NCBI GenBank assembly: GCA_046313635.1
Contig: JBKBYA010000002.1
Span: 384,001 to 448,000 of the forward strand
Direction: 5' to 3'
DNA: 64,000 nucleotides
Source of the DNA: Pyrinomonadaceae bacterium
Lineage (GTDB): Bacteria > Acidobacteriota > Blastocatellia > Pyrinomonadales > Pyrinomonadaceae
Shown: one piece after another, positions 47,699 to 57,765 of the stretch
Layout: each line of letters begins with the position of its first letter
How positions within the stretch are numbered: position 1 is the stretch's first letter
Position numbers and translations under genes: made by a program
Notes under the pieces: generated by a model
The model's database searches: none
Told to the model about the DNA's origin: nothing
The model's input: the letters and a program-made list of their open reading frames with translations, nothing else

Positions 47699-49012
47699 AT
47701 GCGCGTTACCTTGCACGTCGTCGCAGGCCCTCAGACCGGACGAGTCTTCACATTCGATCAGCACGAGACCTTTATGATCGGCAGGAGTGAGGACGCGCAC
47801 TTTTGTCTGCCTCACGACCGCTTCTTTTCGCGGCATCACTGCATTTTGGAGATCGCTCCGCCGCAGGCGTTCTTGCGCGATCTCGGCTCGACGAACGGCA
47901 CCTACGTCAACGGCGTCAAGGTCCAGACGGCTTTTCTTAAAGATGGTGATCGCATTCAGGGCGGTGAGACGGTCCTTCAGGTGGCCGTGGAGTCCGACTC
48001 GTCACGCCTGGACACCCGCGGCCGGCCGCTCTACCATTCCGAGCCTTCGCTGATCACCGTCGCCTGCCTCAACTGCGGTCTTCCGGCCGAAGCCTCCGCG
48101 TCATCGCCGGACGCCAAACTCTCCTATCTTTGTGACGCGTGCCGCGACAAGCTTAGGCAGAATCCTCAGCCCATTCCCGGATATCAAATGATCCGCGTCC
48201 TCGGCCAGGGCGGGATGGGCAGCGTTATGCTGGCTCATTCCGTAAAGGACGATCGGGCCGTCGCGATAAAGACCCTTTTGCCCGAGGTTGCGGTCAGCGA
48301 GCAGTCGCTCAAGCGCTTTCTGCGCGAGATCGAGGTGGCCGAGTCTCTGCGGCACCCCAACATCGTCACCTACATCGAGAACGGCACGCACAACGGCATC
48401 GTCTATCTCGTCACCGAATTTGTCGGCGGCATGGACGCGGCAAAGCTGGCCAAGACGCGTGGCGGACGACTCGACTTTCGCGAGGTCGTGGTCATCATGG
48501 AGCAGACGCTGGCGGCACTCCACTACGCGCACGGGCTGGGATTTGTCCATCGCGACATCAAGGAGCAGAACATCCTCGTCGATGGGACTTTTCCGAACTA
48601 TATCTCAAAGCTGACCGACTTTGGCCTCTCAAAGAGCTACAAGCAGACCGGAATGAGCGGCGTCACGATGGTCGGTGACGTCGCCGGCACGATCGCATAT
48701 ATGCCGCCCGAGCAGGTGCGCGACTTCAAGGACGTTCGCCCGCCATCGGATATCTACGCCGCAGGGATGACCGCCTACAGCCTCCTCACCGGAGCCCACG
48801 CGCTCGATATCGGACCGAGGGCCGGCATTTCAGAAACGGTCAAGGCGATCTTTGAAAAGCCGATCATTCCTCTGTCGGCGCGCGTGCCCGACGTGCCGCC
48901 CGCCATCGCCGCCGTCATCGAACGGGCGCTGGCCAAGCATGTCGAGATGCGTTGGCGTTCGGCCGGCGAGATGCGCGAGGAGCTCCTGCGGGCCGGTCGG
49001 GAATTTTTCTGA
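47699..49012 (+). CDS. FHA + Ser/Thr protein kinase
   Basis: FHA IGR, FSRHH, STNGTYVNG; CxxC...CxxC linker; LGQGGMG, HRDIKEQN, DFG, YMPPE. Confidence 0.93.
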   Translation: MRVTLHVVAGPQTGRVFTFDQHETFMIGRSEDAHFCLPHDRFFSRHHCILEIAPPQAFLRDLGSTNGTYVNGVKVQTAFLKDGDRIQGGETVLQVAVESDSSRLDTRGRPLYHSEPSLITVACLNCGLPAEASASSPDAKLSYLCDACRDKLRQNPQPIPGYQMIRVLGQGGMGSVMLAHSVKDDRAVAIKTLLPEVAVSEQSLKRFLREIEVAESLRHPNIVTYIENGTHNGIVYLVTEFVGGMDAAKLAKTRGGRLDFREVVVIMEQTLAALHYAHGLGFVHRDIKEQNILVDGTFPNYISKLTDFGLSKSYKQTGMSGVTMVGDVAGTIAYMPPEQVRDFKDVRPPSDIYAAGMTAYSLLTGAHALDIGPRAGISETVKAIFEKPIIPLSARVPDVPPAIAAVIERALAKHVEMRWRSAGEMREELLRAGREFF

Positions 49013-49017
49013 GCGGA

Positions 49018-50298
49018 TCATTCGACGTCGCCCGCTGGGCCAACTCGTTCCTCTCCCGCCAAAACCATTCCCAGCAAGACCCACAGGTGAAGGGCGTCTT
49101 CAAACGATCCCAACATTCCCTGATAGATGAATCCGACCGACCACGCGAGCGCCAGGGCCGTATGACCGCCGCCGCGATGCCGAGAGCGCAGCCCGCGTCT
49201 AACGATCTCAGCGCAGAAGATCAACAGCACGAGACCGCCGCCAAGCCCGCGCTCGGCCGAGACGTTGAGAAAGGTATTGTGAGCGTCGGTCAGCAAACTC
49301 CGCGTGCCGTCGGGGTTTGTAAAGAGAACGCGCACGACGGGCATTCCGGGGCCGACCCCAAGCAGCGGATGCGCCGCGATCGTGTCGAGGGCTTCCGACC
49401 AGACCATCGAACGGGCCGACGGGAAGATCTCTCCGACGACCGGAAGGGAAACCCTTGAAGCCGCTTCAGGATACGGCCTCGGGGTGAAAAATGCGGCCCC
49501 AAGCCATGCGGCCGCAAGCAGCGCGAGCGTTGCCGCGACGACCGTCGTCGTGCGGCCCCGCTTGCGGACAAGTACACCCGCCGCTGCGATGATGAGGAGC
49601 CCGCCGAGGCCGATCGAGAAAGTGAATGCCGCCGCCGCCGTGATCCCGATCAGCAATGTCAGGTACAGCCGCCGGCTGATCCAGCCGCGGCTCCGTGCGA
49701 GCCACGCTAGCGGAATGCCGACTGACAGATAATTGAAAAACATGCTCGCCGAGACGAAAGCGGCGGTGATCCTCGGCACGCCGTCGATCGGCACCGAGCC
49801 CTGGTGATACGTGAGCGGTTCGAGCCAGCGGCTCGCGGGGGAAACATAGAAGAGCATCAACGTCAGCAGACCTAAACAGACCGAACACGCCGCCGCGAAC
49901 AGCCAGGTCAGGACGAGCGGTCTGAGGCCGGATCGCATTGCGGCCGCATATACAAAAAGACACGCCGTCGCGAGATAGATCTCGCCGAAGACGTGCCTGT
50001 AAGACCGCACCGGATCGGAACTAAAACCCGCCGCCGCCGATCCGAGGACAAGATAGACCGTTATCCAAAATAACGCGGGATGCCAGCGGAGTTTTACGCC
50101 TGCGATCAAAGCCGCCGCGACCGCCGGCACGAACGCGGCCTCCGACAGTCGGACCGGCAGGCCGAAGATCGGAAGCGGAACCTGTACAAAACCCACCGCA
50201 AAAACAAAGAGCCCGGTGAGCGCTGTCAGCCCGCGGTCGGCAAACGACCGGCCAAACGGCTGGCCGTCGAATTCGCCCGACTCGAGGCCGCCTCCCAT
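49018..50298 (-). CDS. O-antigen ligase (Wzy_C/WaaL) family membrane protein
   Basis: Multi-TM; R..VW..AL....HPLLGVGPG, AHNTFL...ERG. Confidence 0.82.
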   Translation of the reverse strand: MGGGLESGEFDGQPFGRSFADRGLTALTGLFVFAVGFVQVPLPIFGLPVRLSEAAFVPAVAAALIAGVKLRWHPALFWITVYLVLGSAAAGFSSDPVRSYRHVFGEIYLATACLFVYAAAMRSGLRPLVLTWLFAAACSVCLGLLTLMLFYVSPASRWLEPLTYHQGSVPIDGVPRITAAFVSASMFFNYLSVGIPLAWLARSRGWISRRLYLTLLIGITAAAAFTFSIGLGGLLIIAAAGVLVRKRGRTTTVVAATLALLAAAWLGAAFFTPRPYPEAASRVSLPVVGEIFPSARSMVWSEALDTIAAHPLLGVGPGMPVVRVLFTNPDGTRSLLTDAHNTFLNVSAERGLGGGLVLLIFCAEIVRRGLRSRHRGGGHTALALAWSVGFIYQGMLGSFEDALHLWVLLGMVLAGEERVGPAGDVE

Positions 50299-51329
50299 CA
50301 GAGCGTCTTGGTTACCTTCGACAATGATCGTGGGGCGTCCGGGTCGATACCTTTAGCCTCGGACAGTAGCGCCGCAAACAATTGTGCGGGAACGATGAAG
50401 GGGATCGGCGAGAGGAACTCGTCGATCTCCGGCGACAGACGGATGGCTCGCGACGACGAATTCGCGATCTCGTCGTCGTTCGTGATCGAAAGCGAATCGG
50501 CGTGCAGCTCGCGGAGGCGTGCGAGCAGCTCGAGATTGCTCGTCCGCGTCGGGCCCGTCGGGCCGAAGAGCACTACCGGAAAACGGCGTTCAACGATCGC
50601 GAGCGGGCCGTGAAAGAAGTCGGCGGACGAGAACCTCTCCGCGACGACGTAACAGGTCTCCATCAGCTTGAGAGCGAGCTCGTACGAGTTTCCGTAATTG
50701 AGGCCGCGACCGACAACGACGCAGTTTTCCATGAACGTGTAGCGTTGGACGACCTCCTCGATGGCCGGTCTAAGCTCTAAGGCGGCCGCGGTGAGCTCGG
50801 GGATGCGCCGAAACTCAGCGACGCGGGTCGAGCCGAGCGCCTCAGCCAGCATGTAAAAATGGAGCATCTGCCCCGTATACGTCTTTGTCGCCGCAACCGA
50901 CCGCTCACGTCCCGCATGGATAAGCAGAACGTCGTCGACGATCTTTGCCATCGACGACCCTGCCTCGTTAGTAATGCCGAGCGTCAATGCGCCAGCCGCT
51001 TTAGATCGTTCGAGTACGTGGTTGATGTCAGCCCCCTCGCCCGACTGCGAGACGCCGACCACCAGCGCCCGGCTCATATCAAGGTCGGCGTCATAGAGAG
51101 TGTGGACCGACGGTGCGGCCAGCGAGACCGGGATGCCGCACGTGATCTCGAGCAAGTACCGGCCAAATAGGGCCGCGTTGTCCGAGCTGCCGCGAGCGAC
51201 TAATACCACGAGGTCGATCTCCCGCGCTGAAAAATGGCGTTTTAACGATGAGAGTTTGGGCGTCTCGGCGAGGATCGTCTTCTCCAAAGCCGCCGGCTGC
51301 TCGGAGATCTCCTGAAGCATTAATGACAT
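50298..51329 (-). CDS. SIS-domain sugar-phosphate isomerase/deaminase (GlmS C-terminal-like)
   Basis: MLQEISEQP, RGSS, SQSGE, VAATKTY, ELALKLMET, PRSLSKVT; no glutaminase domain. Confidence 0.9.
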   Translation of the reverse strand: MSLMLQEISEQPAALEKTILAETPKLSSLKRHFSAREIDLVVLVARGSSDNAALFGRYLLEITCGIPVSLAAPSVHTLYDADLDMSRALVVGVSQSGEGADINHVLERSKAAGALTLGITNEAGSSMAKIVDDVLLIHAGRERSVAATKTYTGQMLHFYMLAEALGSTRVAEFRRIPELTAAALELRPAIEEVVQRYTFMENCVVVGRGLNYGNSYELALKLMETCYVVAERFSSADFFHGPLAIVERRFPVVLFGPTGPTRTSNLELLARLRELHADSLSITNDDEIANSSSRAIRLSPEIDEFLSPIPFIVPAQLFAALLSEAKGIDPDAPRSLSKVTKTL

Positions 51330-51576
51330 ATAGGTTAGTGGCGTGGGACGTTACTGATGTTAACGTAAACTCTCCGGCGGTAAAAGTTTGCGGTTGGCGT
51401 GGCGCAACCGGGTCGCATCAGTCGAGCGGTCGGAGGATGGCGTATTGTCGAAACTGAGACAAGTAATCGAATAGATAGCTTTAACAATTGCGGCTAAGGT
51501 GTTGATGCAAAACAACTAAAGTATGCATCCCGAGCGACAGTACGAGCCTTTACTCGAAGTGATGTCAGCAAGCAAT

Positions 51577-52449
51577 TTAAGTGACGTCATTCGAAGAATC
51601 AGGTAGCTCCTCTAAATCATTGAGAACAGCGTTGATAGCTCCGCCGACAAGCAGCGCCATCGCGGTCAGGTAGAGCCACAGCATCAGGATGATCACGGCG
51701 CCGAGAGAGCCGTAGGTCTTGTCGTACGAGTTGAAGTAGTGAAGATAAACGCGAAACCCCGTGGTCAGCAACGCGAAGAGCAGAATTGCCACCACGCCGC
51801 CTGGTGTGATCCAGACCCACTCGAATTTGTCGAATGCCGGCAGCCAGCTATAGATCACGGCCGTCGTGACCGCCAGCACAAACAGAAGGAGCGCCCATTG
51901 AACCACATTTGAGAGCACGGTCGAGATGATGCCGAGTCCCGCCCCTCGCATCAGCGAGTCGAGAACCTGTTCACCGTAAAAGGCGAGCCCCAGACCCGCC
52001 GCGATGAGGAGCACGAAGAGAACTGTAAGAACGAGCGACTGGAGCTTGGTATGCCACCATGAGCGGCGTTCCTTTTCGCCATATACCTGATTGAGGGCCT
52101 GCCTGAGAGCATCGATCCCGGCCGAGGCCGACCAGAGCGTTGCGACGACGCCGATCGTGAGCTTGCTGCCCGACGAGTTCTCCTTGATCTCGTCGAGTGT
52201 CGAGCGGACCAGCTCAAACGCGGAGCTGGGCATTAGTTGACCCAGGTAGACGAAGAGCTCTGCGCGCAGATCGTCGGCGTTGGCGAGCACAATGCCGAGG
52301 AGGCTGATCAGGAACAGGAGCAGCGGAAAGATCGCGAACGAGAAGTAGAATCCGACCTGTGCGGCATTTCCCGGCACGTCGGTGGCAAAAACGCGTTCGT
52401 AGACGAGGTGGAGTATCCGTTTGAGAGAGTCGATATCGGGGACCTTCAT
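51577..52449 (-). CDS. YihY/virulence factor BrkB family protein
   Basis: AAQVGFY...AIFP, LWSAS, YDKTYGSLGAVIILMLWLY. Confidence 0.92.
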   Translation of the reverse strand: MKVPDIDSLKRILHLVYERVFATDVPGNAAQVGFYFSFAIFPLLLFLISLLGIVLANADDLRAELFVYLGQLMPSSAFELVRSTLDEIKENSSGSKLTIGVVATLWSASAGIDALRQALNQVYGEKERRSWWHTKLQSLVLTVLFVLLIAAGLGLAFYGEQVLDSLMRGAGLGIISTVLSNVVQWALLLFVLAVTTAVIYSWLPAFDKFEWVWITPGGVVAILLFALLTTGFRVYLHYFNSYDKTYGSLGAVIILMLWLYLTAMALLVGGAINAVLNDLEELPDSSNDVT

Positions 52450-52506
52450 ACTATCGAGTTATAAGTTAAGCGTCCCTCGGCAGGCAATAGATCTTTCGTC
52501 GCGTGG

Positions 52507-53649
52507 TCACGGCCCGCCCTTGTAGTTGCGGGGAATCCGCCTGCCGATCGAGCAGGTGACCTCGTAAGATATCGTTTCGGTCATGCGGGCGACGTCCTCG
52601 GCGAGTATCTCCTCGCCGCCGTCCCGGCCGATGATGGTCACGGGGTCGCCCTCGGCCGCACCGCCGACGTCGGTCACGTCGACTATCGTCCAGTCCATCG
52701 AGATCCTGCCGACGATCGGTGCCCGCCGTCCACGGACGATCACCTCTCCGACATTCGAAAGTCCGCGGCAGAGACCGTCTGCGTAGCCGATCGGGATCGT
52801 GGCGATCGTCGAGTCTCGTTTGGTCTTGAACGCCCTCGAATATCCCAAAGTCTCACCTTCGGGAACGGACTTGATCTGAGCGATCCGCGTCTTTAGCGAG
52901 AGGACCGGGCGAAGTTTGGGGCGCGGTGCCGAGCCGGGAAGTACGTCGCCTCCGAGGCCGTAGAGGATGCCGCCGAGGCGGACCATATTGCTCCGCGTCG
53001 CCGGATGGGCCACCGCGGCGGGTGAGTTTGCAAGGTCGAGGTATTCGGGTTCGATGCCGACCTTGCGAAACGTCTCGACGCTCTCCCAGAATCGGCGTGT
53101 CTGCATCTGGGTAAAGTCCGTCTCCGCGAGATCGTCGGCCGCGGCGAAATGCGTCATAAGCCCCTCGACCGTCAGGCGCGAGAGCTTAACGAGCCTCTCC
53201 GCAAACTCCGGTACGCGGTCGTGCCTCACGCCGACGCGGCCCATACCGGTATCGATCTTTATGTGAACGGCGAGCGATTCGCCGCGGCGTTCGGCTGCGG
53301 CGTGCAGCCGCTCGGCCTGCGAAAGGGTGAATATCGCCGGAGTGATCGACCGCTTGAGGATAGTTTCTTCCTGGCCCTCCCACGCACCGCCGAGGCATAG
53401 GACCGGCAGGCGGCAGCCCGCATCGCGCAGCTCGACGGCCTCCTCGACGAGAGCGACCCCGAGCCAGTCGACGCCTTCGGCCTCGAGCGCTCTGGAGCAC
53501 TCGACGGCACCGTGGCCGTAGGCGTCGGCCTTGACGACGGCCATGTACTTAACGCCGCTCCCGATGAAGTCTCTGGATGATCTGAAGTTGAACCTGAGGC
53601 TGCCGAGGTCTATCTCGGCTAATGTAGGACGTGAGGTCTCTCGTGTCAT
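52507..53649 (-). CDS. alr: Alanine racemase
   Basis: AVVKADAYGHG, HIKIDTGMGRVG, IGYADG, GRISMD. Confidence 0.97.
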   Translation of the reverse strand: MTRETSRPTLAEIDLGSLRFNFRSSRDFIGSGVKYMAVVKADAYGHGAVECSRALEAEGVDWLGVALVEEAVELRDAGCRLPVLCLGGAWEGQEETILKRSITPAIFTLSQAERLHAAAERRGESLAVHIKIDTGMGRVGVRHDRVPEFAERLVKLSRLTVEGLMTHFAAADDLAETDFTQMQTRRFWESVETFRKVGIEPEYLDLANSPAAVAHPATRSNMVRLGGILYGLGGDVLPGSAPRPKLRPVLSLKTRIAQIKSVPEGETLGYSRAFKTKRDSTIATIPIGYADGLCRGLSNVGEVIVRGRRAPIVGRISMDWTIVDVTDVGGAAEGDPVTIIGRDGGEEILAEDVARMTETISYEVTCSIGRRIPRNYKGGP

Positions 53650-53717
53650 TGTCGTCGCAGCGGCGCGGACCTAATGCGATGTCTGAGCCGTCGGGCCCGA
53701 GACAGTTAAACCTATCT

Positions 53718-55274
53718 CTAAAGCGGGATGTTGCCGTGTTTGCGGGGAGGATTAGTATCGCGTTTGTTCTCGAGCAGCTTCAACGCGCGGATCAGCTTTG
53801 GCCGCGTAAACTTTGGCTCGATGACCTCGTCGATAAATCCGTGCTCGGCCGCGACGTACGGATTGGCAAACTTCTCCTCCAACTCCGAGACCTTGCGGCG
53901 GCGATACGCTTCGTCGTTCTGTGCGATCTCACGGCGATACAGCACGCCGACCGCGCCTTCGGCCCCCATCACCGCGATCTCGGCGGTCGGGTATGCAAAG
54001 TTGACGTCTGTCCGAATGTGCTTTGAGGCCATCACGCAATACGCTCCGCCGTACGCCTTGCGCGTGATGACGGTGATCTTGGGCACGGTCGCCTCGGCAA
54101 ACGCGTAAAGGAGTTTCGCTCCGTGACGGATGATGCCGTAGTGCTCCTGATTGACGCCCGGCAAAAAGCCCGGAACGTCCTCAAACGTGATCAGGGGGAT
54201 GTTGAAACAGTCGCAAAACCGTACGAACCTCGCGGCCTTGACCGACGCGTCGATGTCGAGCACGCCCGCCAAAAACGCAGGCTGGTTTGCGACGATGCCG
54301 ACAGAGTATCCGCCGAGTCGAGCAAAGCCGATCACGATATTCGGTGCGTAGTGCTCCTGCACCTCGAAGAAATAGTTCTCGTCGACAACCGAGTGGATGA
54401 TGTCGCGAATGTCGTAGGGCTGATTCGAAGATTCGGGTACGGCCGAGTTAAGCGTCTCGTCGACTCGGTCTTCCGGGTCGGACGTCGCGGCAAACGGCGG
54501 CGGTTCCATATTGTTGGACGGGATGAAAGAGAGCAGCTCACGGGCCATCTGCAGCGCATGCTCGTCGCTGTCGGCGGCAAAGTGAGCGACGCCCGATCGA
54601 GCATTGTGCGTCATTGCTCCGCCCAGCTCGTCTTTTGTCACTTCCTCGTGCGTGACGGTCTTGATCACGTCGGGGCCGGTGATGAACATATACGACGTGT
54701 CCTTCACCATGATGTTAAAGTCCGTGATCGCGGGCGAGTACACCGCGCCGCCGGCGCACGGGCCCATGATGCAGCTGATCTGCGGGACGACGCCGCTCGC
54801 GAGCGTGTTGCGCAAAAAGATATCGGCATAGCCGCCGAGGCTCACGACGCCTTCCTGAATGCGAGCTCCGCCCGAGTCGTTGAGGCCGATCACGGGCTTG
54901 CCCGTCTTCATCGCGAGGTCCATGATCTTGCAGATCTTTTTGGCATGCGTCTCCGAAAGCGAGCCGCCAAACACCGAAAAGTCTTGTGCAAATACAAATA
55001 CCTGTCGCCCGTCGACGAGCCCGTGGCCGGTGATGACGCCGTCACCCAGGTATTTCTGCTCGTCAAGCCCGAAGTCGCGCGAGCGATGGACGACAAACTT
55101 GTCAAACTCCTCGAATGTGCCCTCGTCGAGAAAGAACTCGATCCGCTCGCGGGCCGTCATCTTGCCGGCGGCCCGCTGCTTTTCAAGCCGTTCGCGGCCG
55201 CCGCCTTCCTCGGCCGCGTCGGACCTTTGTTTGAGAAGCTCAAGTTTGCTGATGGCTTTGCTTTCGGGCAACAT
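53718..55274 (-). CDS. pccB: Acyl-CoA carboxylase carboxyltransferase (beta) subunit
   Basis: [43 protein letters not shown]. Confidence 0.9.
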   Translation of the reverse strand: MLPESKAISKLELLKQRSDAAEEGGGRERLEKQRAAGKMTARERIEFFLDEGTFEEFDKFVVHRSRDFGLDEQKYLGDGVITGHGLVDGRQVFVFAQDFSVFGGSLSETHAKKICKIMDLAMKTGKPVIGLNDSGGARIQEGVVSLGGYADIFLRNTLASGVVPQISCIMGPCAGGAVYSPAITDFNIMVKDTSYMFITGPDVIKTVTHEEVTKDELGGAMTHNARSGVAHFAADSDEHALQMARELLSFIPSNNMEPPPFAATSDPEDRVDETLNSAVPESSNQPYDIRDIIHSVVDENYFFEVQEHYAPNIVIGFARLGGYSVGIVANQPAFLAGVLDIDASVKAARFVRFCDCFNIPLITFEDVPGFLPGVNQEHYGIIRHGAKLLYAFAEATVPKITVITRKAYGGAYCVMASKHIRTDVNFAYPTAEIAVMGAEGAVGVLYRREIAQNDEAYRRRKVSELEEKFANPYVAAEHGFIDEVIEPKFTRPKLIRALKLLENKRDTNPPRKHGNIPL

Positions 55275-55344
55275 AAGGCCTAAGTTTAGCTAGTTTGACG
55301 GCGTTTTCAAAACAGTTGAAAGCGCCGCTCCATGACCCGCATAA

Positions 55345-56163
55345 ATGAGATTTGAGAGGATCAGCAGTCGCGACAACGCACGGCTGAAGAGAGTCCGAAA
55401 GGTGCGCGACGGCCACCTCCGCGAAGAGATATTTCTCGAGGGCCTGCGGCTGTGCGGCGAAGCTGTGCGGTCGGATGCGGCGATCGAGGAGATCTACGTT
55501 TCGGACAGCCTTGTTGAGGACAGGCGCTTTGCGGATCTGATCGGCCCCGTCAAAGACAAACACACGGTACGCGTGCTCGGCGAGAGCCTATTTGCGTCGA
55601 TCGCCGACACGCCGCAGCCGCAGGGAGTCGTCTTCATTTGCCGGCGGCCTACCGGGGCGATGGACAAGATCGCCGCACGCCTCGCGTCAGGACGGCATCT
55701 TCCGATCGTCGTTGTGCTTCACAGGATCGGTAATCCGTCCAATCTCGGAGCGATCGCCCGTACGGCCGAGGCCGCGGGGGCGGCGGGGCTGATCACCACG
55801 ACAGGCTCGGCCGATCCGTTCTCGGCGAAGGCCCTGCGGGCCTCGATGGGCTCGCTGCTTCGGCTGCCGACGGCGGCGGGATCGGAACTTCAGAATTTAC
55901 TTGAATGGGCAAGGCGGCGGGAGATGTCTGTCTCGGCCGCGGACGGGCATGCCGAGGTGACCTACGTCGAGCTTGATTGGTCGCGGCCGCGGCTGCTGAT
56001 CTTCGGCTCCGAAGCTCACGGATTACCTGAAGAGATCCTTCCGCAGATCGACGAGCTTGTAAAGGTCCCGATGGCGGCTCCGGTCGAGAGTCTCAATATC
56101 GCTGTTGCTGCGGGCGTCATGCTGTTTGAGGCTCGACGGCAGGTCGGGCCGACGGGGCGCTAA
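55345..56163 (+). CDS. TrmH/SpoU family RNA methyltransferase
   Basis: PSNLGAIARTAEAAG, FGSEAHG, ESLNIAVA. Confidence 0.93.
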   Translation: MRFERISSRDNARLKRVRKVRDGHLREEIFLEGLRLCGEAVRSDAAIEEIYVSDSLVEDRRFADLIGPVKDKHTVRVLGESLFASIADTPQPQGVVFICRRPTGAMDKIAARLASGRHLPIVVVLHRIGNPSNLGAIARTAEAAGAAGLITTTGSADPFSAKALRASMGSLLRLPTAAGSELQNLLEWARRREMSVSAADGHAEVTYVELDWSRPRLLIFGSEAHGLPEEILPQIDELVKVPMAAPVESLNIAVAAGVMLFEARRQVGPTGR

Positions 56164-56184
56164 AGTAAAACCTGAGCTTTCCAT

Positions 56185-57720
56185 TCAGCGGTCGTTTGCC
56201 AGGTTGGTATCAGTCCCGATCGACGGTTGATCGAAAGATCTCAGTTCCTTTTCGAGGATGCCGGGAGCGCTCACCGAATTGGCGATCGCAAGGGCGACAG
56301 CGATCTCGCTCTGGAGGGTTCTCAGATCGGTCGTGTCGCTCTCGCCCAGCTTTGAACGAGCCGCCTGCAGTTCTCGCTTTGCTTCCCAGATCTTGCCCGT
56401 CAGCAGATAGGCCCGGCCGCGAAGGTAATGGTCGGCGGCGTCCTGCGGCTCTGCCACGTTGGATGAAATGAATGCTGCCGGATCGCGGTCGACGATGCGC
56501 CGCTGCTCTTCAAAGGCGGTGAGCGGCGGATTGGTCGACTTTTCGGTGAGTACCGGCACGAGCTGCGGCTGGGGCGGGTTTGCCTGCTGCCAAAAATGGT
56601 ACGCAGCGGCACCAAGCGCCATGCCGACGACGAGCATCAGTGCCGCCAGTACCAAGCCGCCGGTGCGGCGGGGACGCTCCTGAAGTGTGACGGTCGCCTC
56701 CGTGCGAAAAGGTTCGGTCGGAGTGACCCGTGCCGAGGCCGGGTCTTGCACGGTCTCGGCTTCAGCAACCGACCTCTCGAGAGCGATATCGGCCGGATGG
56801 TCTTGAGCATGGTTGGCGTCGAATTCCTCTTCATCCGAGACGGTCTCTCGCGGGATCTCGACGGTCGCGTCGCCGGCCGCATTCGGGTCACGCGCGCGCG
56901 CGGTTGCGATAGTGTCTTCGTCGTCGTCAAACCCAAAATGGATCTCGTCCGCCGCGGAGCCGACCTCACCGGGAATGCTGACGACTACGGCCGAAAGGTT
57001 GTCTTCGGCACCGCGTTCGTAACAGACCTGCTTCAATCTCTCGCAGATGGCTCCCGGGTCGCTCATCTCAAAGAGGAACTGCCGTATCTCCTCGTCGTCG
57101 ATATGGCGAGTGATGCCGTCGCTGCACAGCAGGAATTTATTTCCCGCCTCGACCATCAGCAGCTTGACGTCGGGCTCGACCGAGGCGTCGGCGCCGAGGG
57201 CCCGGCTGATGATATTGCGGCTCGGATGAACGGCCGCCTCCGCGTCGGTCATTCGACCGGCGCGCACCTCTTCGGCGACGACCGAATGATCGTCGGTCTC
57301 GCGAAAGAGCCGAAACTGATTGTCCAGCCGGTACGCCCGCGAGTCGCCCACGTGACCGATCGTGGCGACGTCGCCCTCGATGTGCAGAGCGACGAGCGTC
57401 GTCGCCATCCGGGCAAGCTGCGGCAGATCGTTCGACATCTGAAAGATCGCCTCGTTAGCGCGCTCGATCGCGTTTCGCATCACCGTTTCGGCTTCGACGC
57501 CAGGCTGCCGATTGCTGAACGCCTCGGCGAGTATCTCGACCGCCATTTGCGAGGCGATCTCGCCGGCCTGCGCTCCGCCGACGCCGTCGGCGACCGCAAA
57601 AATGCCGAGTTCGCGTATGTCGAGGACCGAGTCCTCGTTTTGCGGCCGCTTGTCGTTCAACCCGCGGTCAGTGATCGACGAAGAGATGATCCGGTCAGAA
57701 ATGTCGACAGTTTCGATCAT
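56185..57720 (-). CDS. Membrane-anchored PP2C (Stp1/PstP) Ser/Thr phosphatase
   Basis: TDRG..RPQNED, VADGVGG, HVGDSR, LCSDG, DNLS; acidic linker, TM, TPR-like C-terminus. Confidence 0.92.
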   Translation of the reverse strand: MIETVDISDRIISSSITDRGLNDKRPQNEDSVLDIRELGIFAVADGVGGAQAGEIASQMAVEILAEAFSNRQPGVEAETVMRNAIERANEAIFQMSNDLPQLARMATTLVALHIEGDVATIGHVGDSRAYRLDNQFRLFRETDDHSVVAEEVRAGRMTDAEAAVHPSRNIISRALGADASVEPDVKLLMVEAGNKFLLCSDGITRHIDDEEIRQFLFEMSDPGAICERLKQVCYERGAEDNLSAVVVSIPGEVGSAADEIHFGFDDDEDTIATARARDPNAAGDATVEIPRETVSDEEEFDANHAQDHPADIALERSVAEAETVQDPASARVTPTEPFRTEATVTLQERPRRTGGLVLAALMLVVGMALGAAAYHFWQQANPPQPQLVPVLTEKSTNPPLTAFEEQRRIVDRDPAAFISSNVAEPQDAADHYLRGRAYLLTGKIWEAKRELQAARSKLGESDTTDLRTLQSEIAVALAIANSVSAPGILEKELRSFDQPSIGTDTNLANDR

Positions 57721-57765
57721 GCGATACAGGGACGAGCGGCACCTTCGGCGTACGCTCTCAGGCAA

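Noticed and set aside
51330..51576. glmS ribozyme upstream of the SIS gene; ACGTTA-N7-TAACGT palindrome at 51348-66
   Set aside because: Ribozyme core sequence not found; a single 6-bp palindrome is too weak to call
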